Source: Candidatus Zixiibacteriota bacterium (GTDB lineage Bacteria > RBG-13-66-14 > B26-G2 > WVWN01). From it: 64,000 nt of DNA. The position numbers and the translations under genes were made by a program. The stretch is from NCBI GenBank assembly GCA_050117845.1, contig JASFLY010000009.1:33974-97973 (forward strand). The letters run 5' to 3'. Shown here one piece after another: positions 46,855 through 59,578 of this stretch. Under the pieces are notes generated by a model, which saw only the letters and a list, made by a program, of their open reading frames with translations, was not told where the DNA came from and ran no database searches. How positions within the stretch are numbered: position 1 is the stretch's first letter; each line of letters opens with the position of its first letter.

Positions 46855-48945
46855 TTACTCCTCTTCCTTCTCCTTCTTCGCCGCCTCGATGACGCGCTGG
46901 GCGACGTCGGACGGGGCCTCCTCGTAATGGGAGAACTTCACGACGAAGGACCCCTTGCCCCCGGTCATGGACCGGAGGTCCGAGGCGAAACGGAATATCT
47001 CCGCCTGCGGCACCAGGGCCTTGACTTCCTGGAAGATACCCGCCGGCTCCATTCCCATGACGCGTCCCCGCTTGCCGCTGAGGTCGCCGGTGACGGCGCC
47101 CATGAAGTCGGCCGGCACGGTGACCGTAATCTCTACTATCGGCTCCAGGATGACGGGGCCGGCGGCCTCGAAGGCCTTCTTGAAGCCGAGCGAACCCGCG
47201 ATTTTGAAGGCGAGGTCGGACGAGTCGACGGTGTGGAACGAACCGTCGTAGAGCGTGCACTGCATGTCGACGACGGGGTAGCCGGCGATGACGCCGCCGG
47301 ACATGGCCTCCACGACGCCCTTCTCCACCGACGGTACGAACTTGCCGGGTATGGCGCCGCCGAAGATTTTATTGACGAACTCGAACCCGGAGCCCCTCTC
47401 CAGCGGGTCGAGCTGGATGTGGACGTCGCCGAACTGGCCGCGGCCGCCGGTCTGCTTCTTGTAGCGGCCCTGGGCCTTGGCGCTCTTGCGTATGGTCTCG
47501 CGGTAGGCGACGCGCGGCACCTTGGCGTCGACGGCGACGCCGAAGCGCGACTCCAGCTTCGAGAACATGACCTGAACGTGCTGCTCCCCCATCCCCGAGG
47601 CCACGAGTTCCCGCGTCTCGGCATTCCGGTCGACGTGGAAGGTCGGGTCCTCTTCCATCAGTTTGGTTAAGGAGGAGATCAGCTTATCCTCGTCGCCCTT
47701 GGAGCGGGGCGATATGGCGTAGGGCATTACCGGTTCGGGGAGGACGAGTTCGGGAAAGACGACGCGGTCGCCGGGCGCCGTTATCGTGTGGCCCGTTTGG
47801 AGAACCTCGGCCTTGACGAACGCGCCCAGTTCCCCGGCGCTCAATTCCGTTACCGGCTTCTGGGTCTTGCCGTTAATCTCGACCAGCGACGACGCCTTGA
47901 CCTTGGCGTCGGCGTTGACGTCGAGGGTCTGGTCGTCGGCCTTCAACTTGCCCGAGTACACCCGGATGTAGGAGAGCTTCCCCGCGAACGGGTCGTTGAC
48001 GGTCTTGAACACGAAGCCGCTCATCGGCGCGGTGGCCGCGGCGGGGCGTTCTATCTCCTTGGTCCCTCCCGGTTCGACGCCGATGCGCTCGGGGACGTCC
48101 GCCGGCGAGGGGAAGTATTCCAGTATCGCGTCCAGCACCGCCTGGCCGCCGACGCCGTCGTACGCGTCCGCGCAGAAGACCGGTACTATCTTCCCGTTGG
48201 CGATCCCCCGCTTCAACCCCCGGGCGACTTCCTCCGCCGAGAGCTCCCCGGTGTCGAAGTACTTCTCCATCAGTTCGTCTTCCTGCTCGGCCGCGGCTTC
48301 GACGATGTTCCCCCGCAGCGTTTCTACGGTACCCTTCAGGTCGTCGGGGACGTCGCCCTCGGTCGGGTCGCCCGAAAGGCCGCCTTCCCATATAAACGCC
48401 CGGTCGCGGTTCACGTCCACGTAACCCTTGAACGCCGCCTCGGCCCCCACCGGGTAAGAGAGAACGACGAACTGCACGCCCTCGAACGCGGCCCGAAGCT
48501 GTTCCAGGGCCGTATCGAAGTTGGCGCGCTCGCGGTCCATCTTGTTGATGACGACGGCCCGGGCGACGCGGTTGGCGTCGGCCTCCCGCCAGGCGCGCTC
48601 GGTCCCTACCTCCACGCCGGCCACGGCGTTGACGACGATGAGCGCCACGTCGGCGACGCGCATCCCCGCGATGAGGTCGACTATGAAGTCGGCGGAACCG
48701 GGGACGTCCAGAAGGTTAATCCGATGCCCTTTTAAATCCGCCGCCAGAAGGGCCGCGCTAACCGAAAAGCCCCGTTTTATTTCTTCTTCGTCGTAATCGG
48801 CGGCGGTGTTCCCCTCGTCCACCCGTCCCCGCCGGCTCAAGGCCCCGGCCCGGAAAAGCAGATCCTCGGCCAACGCGGTCTTGCCCGCGTCGCCGTGGCC
48901 CACGAGCGCCACGTTACGTAGTTTCCCAATTTCCAGCTTACCCAT
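46855..48945 (-). CDS. fusA: Elongation factor G paralog (EF-G2-like)
   Basis: RNVALVGHGDAGKT, NKMDR, EEDPT, GMGEQH, KKQTGGRGQFG, DGSFHTVDSS; switch motifs RGFSV and DVPGSADF deviate from canonical; not in an str operon. Confidence 0.92.
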   Translation of the reverse strand: MGKLEIGKLRNVALVGHGDAGKTALAEDLLFRAGALSRRGRVDEGNTAADYDEEEIKRGFSVSAALLAADLKGHRINLLDVPGSADFIVDLIAGMRVADVALIVVNAVAGVEVGTERAWREADANRVARAVVINKMDRERANFDTALEQLRAAFEGVQFVVLSYPVGAEAAFKGYVDVNRDRAFIWEGGLSGDPTEGDVPDDLKGTVETLRGNIVEAAAEQEDELMEKYFDTGELSAEEVARGLKRGIANGKIVPVFCADAYDGVGGQAVLDAILEYFPSPADVPERIGVEPGGTKEIERPAAATAPMSGFVFKTVNDPFAGKLSYIRVYSGKLKADDQTLDVNADAKVKASSLVEINGKTQKPVTELSAGELGAFVKAEVLQTGHTITAPGDRVVFPELVLPEPVMPYAISPRSKGDEDKLISSLTKLMEEDPTFHVDRNAETRELVASGMGEQHVQVMFSKLESRFGVAVDAKVPRVAYRETIRKSAKAQGRYKKQTGGRGQFGDVHIQLDPLERGSGFEFVNKIFGGAIPGKFVPSVEKGVVEAMSGGVIAGYPVVDMQCTLYDGSFHTVDSSDLAFKIAGSLGFKKAFEAAGPVILEPIVEITVTVPADFMGAVTGDLSGKRGRVMGMEPAGIFQEVKALVPQAEIFRFASDLRSMTGGKGSFVVKFSHYEEAPSDVAQRVIEAAKKEKEEE

Positions 48946-49040
48946 CTAAAGTTTCCTCCTAATAATGGCCCGATGTCGGAGACGAACGATACGAAACCGG
49001 CGCCGCGCAACGCGGCATCCGCGGCCGGATGTCCGGAATT

Positions 49041-50813
<1,773 letters not shown>

Positions 50814-50852
50814 CTAGGCTAAAATACCCCCCATTAACCGGTGGTTTTCGAC

Positions 50853-51989
50853 ATGAGAAACTTCCTACTCATCGCGCTCGCGCTCGCCCTCCTGCCCTGC
50901 CCCGGCCTCCCGGCCTGGACGGCCCCGGAAACGCTCTCCCCGGCGGCGGGCGGCCGGTGGAACGTATGCTACAATTTCGCCTCCGCGGTCACGGCCGACG
51001 CCGAAAACAACCTCCACGCGGTTTTCTTCGAAGAGCCGGGGAAACGCGTATACTACCGCCGATACGACCGCGCCGCGGCCTCCTGGGACCCGGCGCTGCG
51101 CCTCGACGAGTACGGAGGCCGGGACGCCGCCCTTACCCTCGGGAGCGACGGAACCCTCCACGTCTTCTTCAAATCCCGCCGCGCGCTGTGTTACCGCCGG
51201 CGTAGCCCCGACGGCGATTGGAGCGACCCCTATTACCTCCGCATCGACGACCGGACGCCCGGCTTCCCGTCCCCGCTCCCCTTGCCGGACGGCGACGTCG
51301 CCGTGGCGATGGTCGCCGAACGCGCGCACACCCCTCCCGCCGAAATTTGGTTAACGACCTGGCGCCGGGCGACGGACGTCTTCGACCCGCCGGTCCGGCT
51401 CTCCGACGACCCGGTGAAGTCCGGCGCGTGGATGCCGACGCTCGCGATTCACGAAGGCGACCTCCACGTCGTGTGGCGGGATGACCGCTCGGGCGAATTC
51501 GACCTGTACGGCAGGGTAAAACGCGGGGCGAATTGGATGGAGACGGCCCGGCTAACGGACGACCCGGCCAGGACTTACCACCCCCGGCTGGCCGTGGACC
51601 CGGAAGGCGTGCTGCGCCTGTTTTTCATGGACAGACGGAACGGCAACCCCGCGATTTGGGAAAAAGAATGGACGGGAGAGGGGTGGACGGCCGAGCGGGT
51701 ACTATTCGACGGCGGCGCGGAAGCCCACCACCCCACTACCGTCCGAACCACCGACGGCCGCTCGCTGTTATTCTGGGAAGACACGCGCGAAACGCCCGGG
51801 GCCGAGATATCCTACGCCGTATTCTCGGACGGCGCGTGGAGCAAAGCCCGGCGGATTTCGGACTCGCCGGAAAAGGCTTCGGTGCACACGTCGGCGGCCG
51901 TCACCCCTGACGGCGAGGTCGTCGTAGTGTACGCCGAGGAAGGCGAAATACTCCTGCAAAGACTCGCGCCCGGCGGCCTCCCTCAATGA
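50853..51989 (+). CDS. Secreted beta-propeller (BNR/sialidase-like) protein
   Basis: Signal peptide from ATG 50853; repeated W-x-x-P-x-RL / LHV-x-[FW] / P-x-LA blades. Confidence 0.75.
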   Translation: MRNFLLIALALALLPCPGLPAWTAPETLSPAAGGRWNVCYNFASAVTADAENNLHAVFFEEPGKRVYYRRYDRAAASWDPALRLDEYGGRDAALTLGSDGTLHVFFKSRRALCYRRRSPDGDWSDPYYLRIDDRTPGFPSPLPLPDGDVAVAMVAERAHTPPAEIWLTTWRRATDVFDPPVRLSDDPVKSGAWMPTLAIHEGDLHVVWRDDRSGEFDLYGRVKRGANWMETARLTDDPARTYHPRLAVDPEGVLRLFFMDRRNGNPAIWEKEWTGEGWTAERVLFDGGAEAHHPTTVRTTDGRSLLFWEDTRETPGAEISYAVFSDGAWSKARRISDSPEKASVHTSAAVTPDGEVVVVYAEEGEILLQRLAPGGLPQ

Positions 51990-52026
51990 TACGGCGGCGG
52001 GGCCATATAAACGCGGAGGTAAAACC

Positions 52027-52638
52027 GTGCTAAGACTTCTGATAATTACGGCAATGACGTCGGCGTTGTGGGCGGGGACCCCGGCGACGGCGGAGGAACC
52101 TATCGGCGTTACGCTGGGCCCCTATTACCGGATTTCGTTTCCGCTCGCCGGCGAGGACGGGAACCCCTCGTGGGCCGGCGGCGGGGCGCGGGTCCGCTAC
52201 GAGTGGTCCGAAGACTTCGCGGCCTCGGCCGCCATCGCTTACGACCGCTACGAATTCGACGAGCGTTCCACTTTAGCGGAGGCGGGTATTTCGGGGCCGC
52301 TGGAACGGCAGATGTTCATGCTTCAAGGAGGGGTGATATACAATATCCCGCTCCGGTGGACATACCCCTACGCCGGCGGAGGCATAGCCCTCGCCCGGGA
52401 AAAGACGGTCTACCGGAGGTACGCCGATCCGCTCGTGCGCTGGCACCCCGGCCTGTACGGCGAAGCCGGGACCTACATCCCGCTGGTCGGGCCGCTCGTC
52501 GTGGACGTCGGCTCGGACGTAACGCTGCTCCTCGGCCGCCGGGCGGGTGACTACGACCGCGACGCGGGCGGGTACCAGTACGACAGCGGGGCCGCGTTTT
52601 ACCTCGGCCTCAAAGCGGGCGTCGGTTTCTTTTTCTGA
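52027..52638 (+). CDS. Outer-membrane beta-barrel (OmpA/OmpW-like)
   Basis: Signal peptide, PYAGGG, alternating strands, terminal GLKAGVGFFF. Confidence 0.78.
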   Translation: MLRLLIITAMTSALWAGTPATAEEPIGVTLGPYYRISFPLAGEDGNPSWAGGGARVRYEWSEDFAASAAIAYDRYEFDERSTLAEAGISGPLERQMFMLQGGVIYNIPLRWTYPYAGGGIALAREKTVYRRYADPLVRWHPGLYGEAGTYIPLVGPLVVDVGSDVTLLLGRRAGDYDRDAGGYQYDSGAAFYLGLKAGVGFFF

Positions 52639-52700
52639 TATAGGGTTGGATTCACACCCGGGTTTCTGTTATAATTACCGTAGTAAACGGGGGGCACTAA

Positions 52701-52955
52701 ATGTTGACAGATGAAGAAAAACTGGTGATGTTGCAAATATTGCCGGACGACGAGAAGGCCGCACGCGAACTCGCGGAAAAGGCCGGTATATCCGTCGCCG
52801 ACTTAACGCTATTGGCGCTTCGTTATTGCCTTCGGGCCCGGGGCGCCGCACCATTTAGGGAACTCCTGGCAAAGGGAGGAATCCAACCGACCAGCGCTTC
52901 GTCCGGAAACCTGCTAGGCGTCGAAAACGCGCTGGATAAGGAAAATCCGGCGTAA
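52701..52955 (+). CDS. Small ribbon-helix-helix-like protein
   Basis: LVMLQILP (strand), DDEKAARELAEK (helix), GIS, VADLTLLALRYCL (helix); TG-T-TATAAT upstream. Confidence 0.55.
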   Translation: MLTDEEKLVMLQILPDDEKAARELAEKAGISVADLTLLALRYCLRARGAAPFRELLAKGGIQPTSASSGNLLGVENALDKENPA

Positions 52956-53095
52956 AAGAAATCGAGAAAAAACCTGAGGCCTATTCTGGAATTTCGATTG
53001 TCCGTTAATAGGGAAAGAGGTGTATTGATTCGGCGATCCGTAATGAACGGATTACCAGCGGGCTCAACTTCCAATTAAAGAGTGAGGAGAGAACC

Positions 53096-53731
53096 ATGAA
53101 GAAATACGTATATTTAGCGCTAGCGCTCGTTTTATGTTTCGCCGCGCTCGCGGCCGCCGATGAGGAAGTGATTATAGGTTCACCCGCGTCGGGTAACTAC
53201 GTCCCGTGGTGGGGCTCCAATCCCGAGATGCGCTTCCAGTGCCTCTGGGAAAAGTCCGAAATCGGGCTGACTGCCGGCGGGTATATCAACAAGGTTGAGT
53301 TTAACCGTTCGAGCAGCGCCTCAGGTTCCTTCGGTAACGTACGGGTTTACTTCGGCCATTCCACTAAAACCACCGAGCTCGACCTGGTATACGCCAATAA
53401 CTATTCCGATACGCCCGTACAGGTCCTCAACGAGACTAGCGTAACGGTTGCGGGATCCTCCGGTCAGTGGTGGGATCTCGGTATTACACCCAACACCTTC
53501 AATTACAACAACACCGACAATCTGGTTATGGAAATCCGGTGGTCGGGCGGAGGCACTTCTTGCCCCTGTTACCGCGCTAGCGGAACGAATAAACGTATAT
53601 GGGCGTTCGACGATGAGGCAACGACGGCGGTATATCGTTACGCCCAATTGCAATATATACGTTTGACCGTAGCGAATACCACCGGCGTCGCGCCCACCTC
53701 CCTCGGCCGCATCAAGAGCCTCTACAACTAA
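53096..53731 (+). CDS. Secreted protein, family B paralog 1, with conserved C-terminal motif
   Basis: Signal peptide; MRFQCLW, INKVEF, NY-x-x-TPV, FNYNNTDNL-x-x-EI-x-W-x-G; ends VAPTSLGRIKSLYN. Confidence 0.85.
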   Translation: MKKYVYLALALVLCFAALAAADEEVIIGSPASGNYVPWWGSNPEMRFQCLWEKSEIGLTAGGYINKVEFNRSSSASGSFGNVRVYFGHSTKTTELDLVYANNYSDTPVQVLNETSVTVAGSSGQWWDLGITPNTFNYNNTDNLVMEIRWSGGGTSCPCYRASGTNKRIWAFDDEATTAVYRYAQLQYIRLTVANTTGVAPTSLGRIKSLYN

Positions 53732-53765
53732 CGAACGTTTTAACGCGAATAAAAACGCCCCTCTC
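53680..53765 (+). repeat. Direct repeat copy 1 (tail codons, 3'UTR, terminator arm)
   Basis: 80/86 nt identical to 54485-54570 by hand alignment. Confidence 0.9.
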
Positions 53766-53787
53766 GCTTTGAGAGGGGCGTCGTTTA
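53755..53787 (+). terminator. Intrinsic terminator
   Basis: ACGCCCCTCTC-GCTTT-GAGAGGGGCGT. Confidence 0.7.
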
Positions 53788-53900
53788 TCGAGAGAAAAAG
53801 GCGGTAGCGGCGGCTTTCACCTTGCACTCCGCGGCCTATTCTGTTTTAATCTAATCGAATAAGGAGGGTAACTGGTCGTCGACGCTAAGGAGGTTGGAAT

Positions 53901-54536
53901 ATGAAGAAATCGGCGATTGCCACGTTCATCCTCGCCGCCGTACTGGCGAACGTTACGGCCGCCGGAACTCACCTCGTCGGCGGCAGCGCGAACCAGGGCA
54001 ATGGCATACCTTTTAGACCTATGGAATCGGGGATGCGGTGGCAAACGATATGGCACCAAACCGACATCGCCGAAGCGGGAACGATTACCAAGGTCGAATT
54101 CCAAACGCAAAGCATCACGGAGGCGGGTACTTTCTACAACTGCAACATCCTACTATGCCACACGTCCTTGGCCCACGTTACGACGGCCTTCCATAGTAAT
54201 TATTCAGGCAATACGCCGGTAACGGTTTTCGTGGGTACGAAAGTCGTTCCCGTCATGCCGCAAGGTCAATGGTTCCCCGCCGCGGAATCGATTAACTTCG
54301 AGTACAATAATACCAACAACCTACTCATCGAGATTCACTGGTCCGGCGCCTCGGGCGAAACCATGTGCTCTATTTACTCGAACAGCCGCGGGAAAGCCGG
54401 CCGCGTCTTCGCGCTCGACCCCAACGCCAACACCGGGACGGTAACCGAAAATTACGATACAATAGGCCGGATTACGATTAGCCCCACCGGCGTGGAGCCG
54501 ACCTCCCTCGGCCGCATCAAGGGCCTCTACAACTAA
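53901..54536 (+). CDS. Secreted protein, family B paralog 2
   Basis: AAGGAGG RBS; MRWQTIW, ITKVEF, NYSGNTPV, FEYNNTNNL; ends VEPTSLGRIKGLYN. Confidence 0.85.
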   Translation: MKKSAIATFILAAVLANVTAAGTHLVGGSANQGNGIPFRPMESGMRWQTIWHQTDIAEAGTITKVEFQTQSITEAGTFYNCNILLCHTSLAHVTTAFHSNYSGNTPVTVFVGTKVVPVMPQGQWFPAAESINFEYNNTNNLLIEIHWSGASGETMCSIYSNSRGKAGRVFALDPNANTGTVTENYDTIGRITISPTGVEPTSLGRIKGLYN

Positions 54537-54570
54537 CGAACGTTTTTACGCGAACAAAAACGCCCCTCTC
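54485..54570 (+). repeat. Direct repeat copy 2
   Basis: See 53680-53765. Confidence 0.9.
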
Positions 54571-54589
54571 CGGAGGGGCGTTTCTTTTT
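54556..54589. terminator. Bidirectional terminator (family B paralog 2 / kbl)
   Basis: AAACGCCCCTC-TCCG-GAGGGGCGTTTCTTTTT. Confidence 0.75.
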
Positions 54590-54609
54590 GCGTTTGCGCG
54601 GCCGCGGGC

Positions 54610-55839
54610 CTAGTGGCCGTATTCCTCGATTATCTGTTTGCGCGTCATCTTCAGGATGTCGTACTTCTCGCCAATCTTCGTGAAGGCCGCGATGGCGTGG
54701 TCCAGGTGCTCGGCCTCGTGGGCCGCCGAAAGCTGGACCCGGATGCGGGCCTCGCCGGGCGGGACCACGGGATAGCTGAAGCCGATGACGTAAACGCCCT
54801 CGGCCAGGAGGTCGCGGGCGAAGTCCTGGGCCAGTTTGGCGTTGTAGAGCATTATCGGGACGATGGGGTGGTCGCCGGGGTGGATGTCGAACCCGGCCTC
54901 CGTCATCTTCTCCCGGAAATACTGCTGGTTGTGCTCGAGCTTATCGCGGAGCTCGGTGGTCTCAGTGAGGAGGTCCATCACCGCCAGCGTGCCGGCGACG
55001 ACGGTCGGCGCCAGCGTATTCGAGAAGAGGTAAGGCCGGGATTTCTGCCGGTACCAGTCGATGAGTTCCGCCGGGCCGGCGATGCAGCCGCCGGACGCCC
55101 CGCCGAGGGCCTTGCCGAACGTCGTGGTGATGACGTCCACCCGGCCCATTACGCCGCGATACTCGTGAGAGCCGCGGCCCGTGGGTCCGAGGAAGCCCGT
55201 GGCGTGGGAGTCGTCCACCAATACGAGCGCGTCGTACTTCTCCGCCAGGTCGCATATCTCGTCCAGCTTGGCGATGTCGCCGTCCATGGAGAAGACGCCG
55301 TCGGTCACGACGACGCGGTACCGGGCGCCGGCGGCCTCCCGGAGCTTCGCTTCCAGGTCGGCCATGTCGGCGTGCTGGTAAATAAAGCGCCGCGCCTTGG
55401 CGAGACGGATGCCGTCTATAACGGACGCGTGGTTAAGGGCGTCGGTCAGGATGGCGTCGTCGGCCCCGAATACGGCCTCGAACGCGCCGCCGTTGGCGTC
55501 GAAACACGCCGCGTACAGGATGGCGTCCTCCATGCCCAGAAAATCGGAAATGCGGCGCTCCAGCTCCTTGTGGATCTCCTGCGTGCCGCAGATGAAGCGG
55601 ACCGAACTCATGCCGTAGCCCCATCGGTCCAGCGCCTTGTGCGCCGCCTCCACCAGGGCCGCGTGGCTGGACAGGCCGAGGTAGTTGTTGGCGCAGAAAT
55701 TCAGAACGGGTTTCCCGCCGGCGACGCCCACTTCGACGCCCTGCGGCGACGTGATGACGCGTTCCTCTTTGTAGAGGCCCGCCTCGCGGATGGCCGCGAG
55801 TTCCGCCTTGAGATAATCCTTCAACTTCGCGTACACCAT
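54610..55839 (-). CDS. kbl: Glycine C-acetyltransferase (2-amino-3-ketobutyrate CoA ligase), canonical-looking copy
   Basis: [67 protein letters not shown]. Confidence 0.95.
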   Translation of the reverse strand: MVYAKLKDYLKAELAAIREAGLYKEERVITSPQGVEVGVAGGKPVLNFCANNYLGLSSHAALVEAAHKALDRWGYGMSSVRFICGTQEIHKELERRISDFLGMEDAILYAACFDANGGAFEAVFGADDAILTDALNHASVIDGIRLAKARRFIYQHADMADLEAKLREAAGARYRVVVTDGVFSMDGDIAKLDEICDLAEKYDALVLVDDSHATGFLGPTGRGSHEYRGVMGRVDVITTTFGKALGGASGGCIAGPAELIDWYRQKSRPYLFSNTLAPTVVAGTLAVMDLLTETTELRDKLEHNQQYFREKMTEAGFDIHPGDHPIVPIMLYNAKLAQDFARDLLAEGVYVIGFSYPVVPPGEARIRVQLSAAHEAEHLDHAIAAFTKIGEKYDILKMTRKQIIEEYGH

Positions 55840-55916
55840 GATATTCGCACCTCACCGGGCTGCTTATTCAGCCCAAAGGTTAAAGAACGGTCGAACCGAA
55901 AGACTGGTTCGGCGCG

Positions 55917-55925
55917 ATTATAGCA
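55917..55925 (-). promoter_or_regulatory. Extended -10 promoter of the canonical kbl
   Basis: Minus strand TGCTATAAT just downstream of a terminator. Confidence 0.55.
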
Positions 55926-55944
55926 CGGAAATATATTTTCGCCG

Positions 55945-55972
55945 AATAAAGGGCGGCCTCCCGGCCGCCCTT
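55945..55972 (-). terminator. Terminator closing acsA-ACP-kbl2
   Basis: Minus strand AAGGGCGGCC-GGGA-GGCCGCCCTTTATT. Confidence 0.65.
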
Positions 55973-55993
55973 CCACTATTATACGATATTTCG

Positions 55994-57241
55994 CTACAAG
56001 CCGTACTTGTCGATTATTTCCTGTTTGCCGAGACCCAGGATGCCGTACTTCTCGCCTATCTTCTTGAAGGCGGCGATGGCGGCGTCGAGGTGCTCCCGCT
56101 CGTGCGCGGCGGAGAGCTGGACGCGGATGCGCGCCTGCCCCTTCGCGACCACGGGGAAGAAGAAGCCTATAACGTAGATGCCCTCGTCGTAGAGGTCGCG
56201 GGCGAAGTCCTGGGCCAACTTGGCGTTGTAGAGCATTATCGGAACGATGGGGTGGACGCCGGGGCGAATGTCGAAGCCGGCCTCGGTCATCTTTTCCCGG
56301 AAGTACATCGTGCTGTCCTCGAGCTTGTCGCGGCGCTCCGTCGTCTTCGAGATGAGGTCCATTACCTTGTGCGAGGCGGCGACGACGACCGGGGCCAGCG
56401 TATTCGAGAAGAGGTAGGGCCTCGCGCGCTGGCGGCCCAGCTCCACTATCTCCTTGGGGCCGCTGATGCAGCCGCCGGAGGCCCCGCCGAGCGCCTTCCC
56501 GAGCGTCGTGGTGATGATGTCGACGCGGCCCATAACGCCGCAATGCTCGTGGGTGCCGCGGCCGGTCTTGCCCATGAAGCCAGAGGAGTGCGAGTCGTCC
56601 ACCATGACCATGGCGTCGTACTTCTCCGCCAGGTCGCATATCTGCTCCATCGGCGCTATGTCGCCGTCCATGGAGAAAACGCCGTCGGTGGCGATCATGC
56701 GAAGCCGCTTGTCCTGGAACTGCTGGAGTTTCTTCTCCAGGTGCTTCATATCCATGTGCTTGAACGAATCGTACTGGGCGTCGCACAGCTTGATGCCGTC
56801 GATGACCGAAGCGTGGACCAGCCGGTCGGCGATGATAACGTCCTCCGACCCCAGCGAAATCTCGAAGACCGCCGCGTTCGCGTCCATACAGGAGGCGAAC
56901 AGCAACGTATCCTCGGTCCCCAGGAACTCGCTAATCTTGCGCTCGAGCTCCCGGTGGTAGTCCTGGGTGCCGCATATGAAGCGAACCGAGGACATGCCGT
57001 AGCCCTTGGTATCGAGGCCCTCGTGCGCCGCTTGCACCACGTCGGGGTGGCTCGAGAGGCCGAGGTAGTTGTTGGCGCACATATTTATGACTTTTTTAAC
57101 CGGAGCCCCTTCGGGGAACTCTACTTCGATATCGGCCCCCTGGGGCGTCACGATATAGCGCTCTTCCTTGAACAGGCCGTCGTTGCGAATCCCGGACAAT
57201 TCGTTCGAATAGAATTCGCGAGCCGTATTGCCGTAAACCAT
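55994..57241 (-). CDS. kbl: Second Kbl-like alpha-oxoamine synthase, ACP-linked copy (kbl2)
   Basis: Same motifs with the PLP lysine retained (TTLGKALGG) but SCMDANAA and DRLVHAS variants. Confidence 0.88.
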   Translation of the reverse strand: MVYGNTAREFYSNELSGIRNDGLFKEERYIVTPQGADIEVEFPEGAPVKKVINMCANNYLGLSSHPDVVQAAHEGLDTKGYGMSSVRFICGTQDYHRELERKISEFLGTEDTLLFASCMDANAAVFEISLGSEDVIIADRLVHASVIDGIKLCDAQYDSFKHMDMKHLEKKLQQFQDKRLRMIATDGVFSMDGDIAPMEQICDLAEKYDAMVMVDDSHSSGFMGKTGRGTHEHCGVMGRVDIITTTLGKALGGASGGCISGPKEIVELGRQRARPYLFSNTLAPVVVAASHKVMDLISKTTERRDKLEDSTMYFREKMTEAGFDIRPGVHPIVPIMLYNAKLAQDFARDLYDEGIYVIGFFFPVVAKGQARIRVQLSAAHEREHLDAAIAAFKKIGEKYGILGLGKQEIIDKYGL

Positions 57242-57285
57242 ATTTTCCTCCTGCGGCTCTGGCCGCGGCGCGTCGCCGCGGGCCC

Positions 57286-57540
57286 CTACGCGTCGGTGAA
57301 TTCGCGGACCAGCGTGGCGATGGCGTTCACGTTGTCGAAAGCGTCGGCCGTCGCCCTGTCGTCCGGGATCGAGATGTTGTATTCGGTCTCGAGGAATAGT
57401 TTCAAAGAAACCATGGAGAACGAGTCCACCAGGCCGCCCGAGATAAGGGGCGTATCGTCTTCGACCGTTACGCCGGAGTCCTCCTCGACGTACTCGTCGA
57501 CGATGTACTCGCGGATTTTCTCTTTCATTTCGTCAGACAT
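57286..57540 (-). CDS. Acyl carrier protein
   Basis: 84 aa, acidic, GGLVDSFSMVSL phosphopantetheine-site motif; AAGGAG RBS. Confidence 0.9.
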   Translation of the reverse strand: MSDEMKEKIREYIVDEYVEEDSGVTVEDDTPLISGGLVDSFSMVSLKLFLETEYNISIPDDRATADAFDNVNAIATLVREFTDA

Positions 57541-57568
57541 GCGCGTCTCCTTTAATAAATATTATTGA

Positions 57569-59269
<1,701 letters not shown>

Positions 59270-59342
59270 AACCGTCGCTATCTCCTTGGGCGATATCGTG
59301 TGGGATGCGTTGAACGATGTGCGGAAAGTCCTTCGGGCGGGT

Positions 59343-59371
59343 ATTCTACAACGGCCGCGGCCTTACGTCAA
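59343..59371 (-). promoter_or_regulatory. Sigma70 promoter of acsA-ACP-kbl2
   Basis: Minus strand TTGACG-17 nt-TAGAAT. Confidence 0.65.
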
Positions 59372-59578
59372 GGGTGATTTTACTAATGTTTGTACCCAAC
59401 TATAAGGGCCCCCGGCGGGATATTCCGGGGACTTCGGCGCCGGCCGGGCGGGGCATTTCGCGAGCGGCCGATTCCCGCGGCCATTCGACGTTGAAGGGTC
59501 CGGCGCTATATGATAGCATCGGAAACAAGGTAGTGTCGAAGCTCATCGAGGGTTTGGAATCGCCGAGGAGGTAAAGAG

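Noticed and set aside
53680..54570. Diversity-generating retroelement TR/VR pair
   Set aside because: Mismatches are not adenine-restricted (C/G, C/A, C/G, A/G, A/T, T/C) and no reverse transcriptase is present.
53096..54590. Integron cassette array
   Set aside because: No integrase in the window and I could not identify attC-type structure; the repeat includes coding sequence and a plain terminator.
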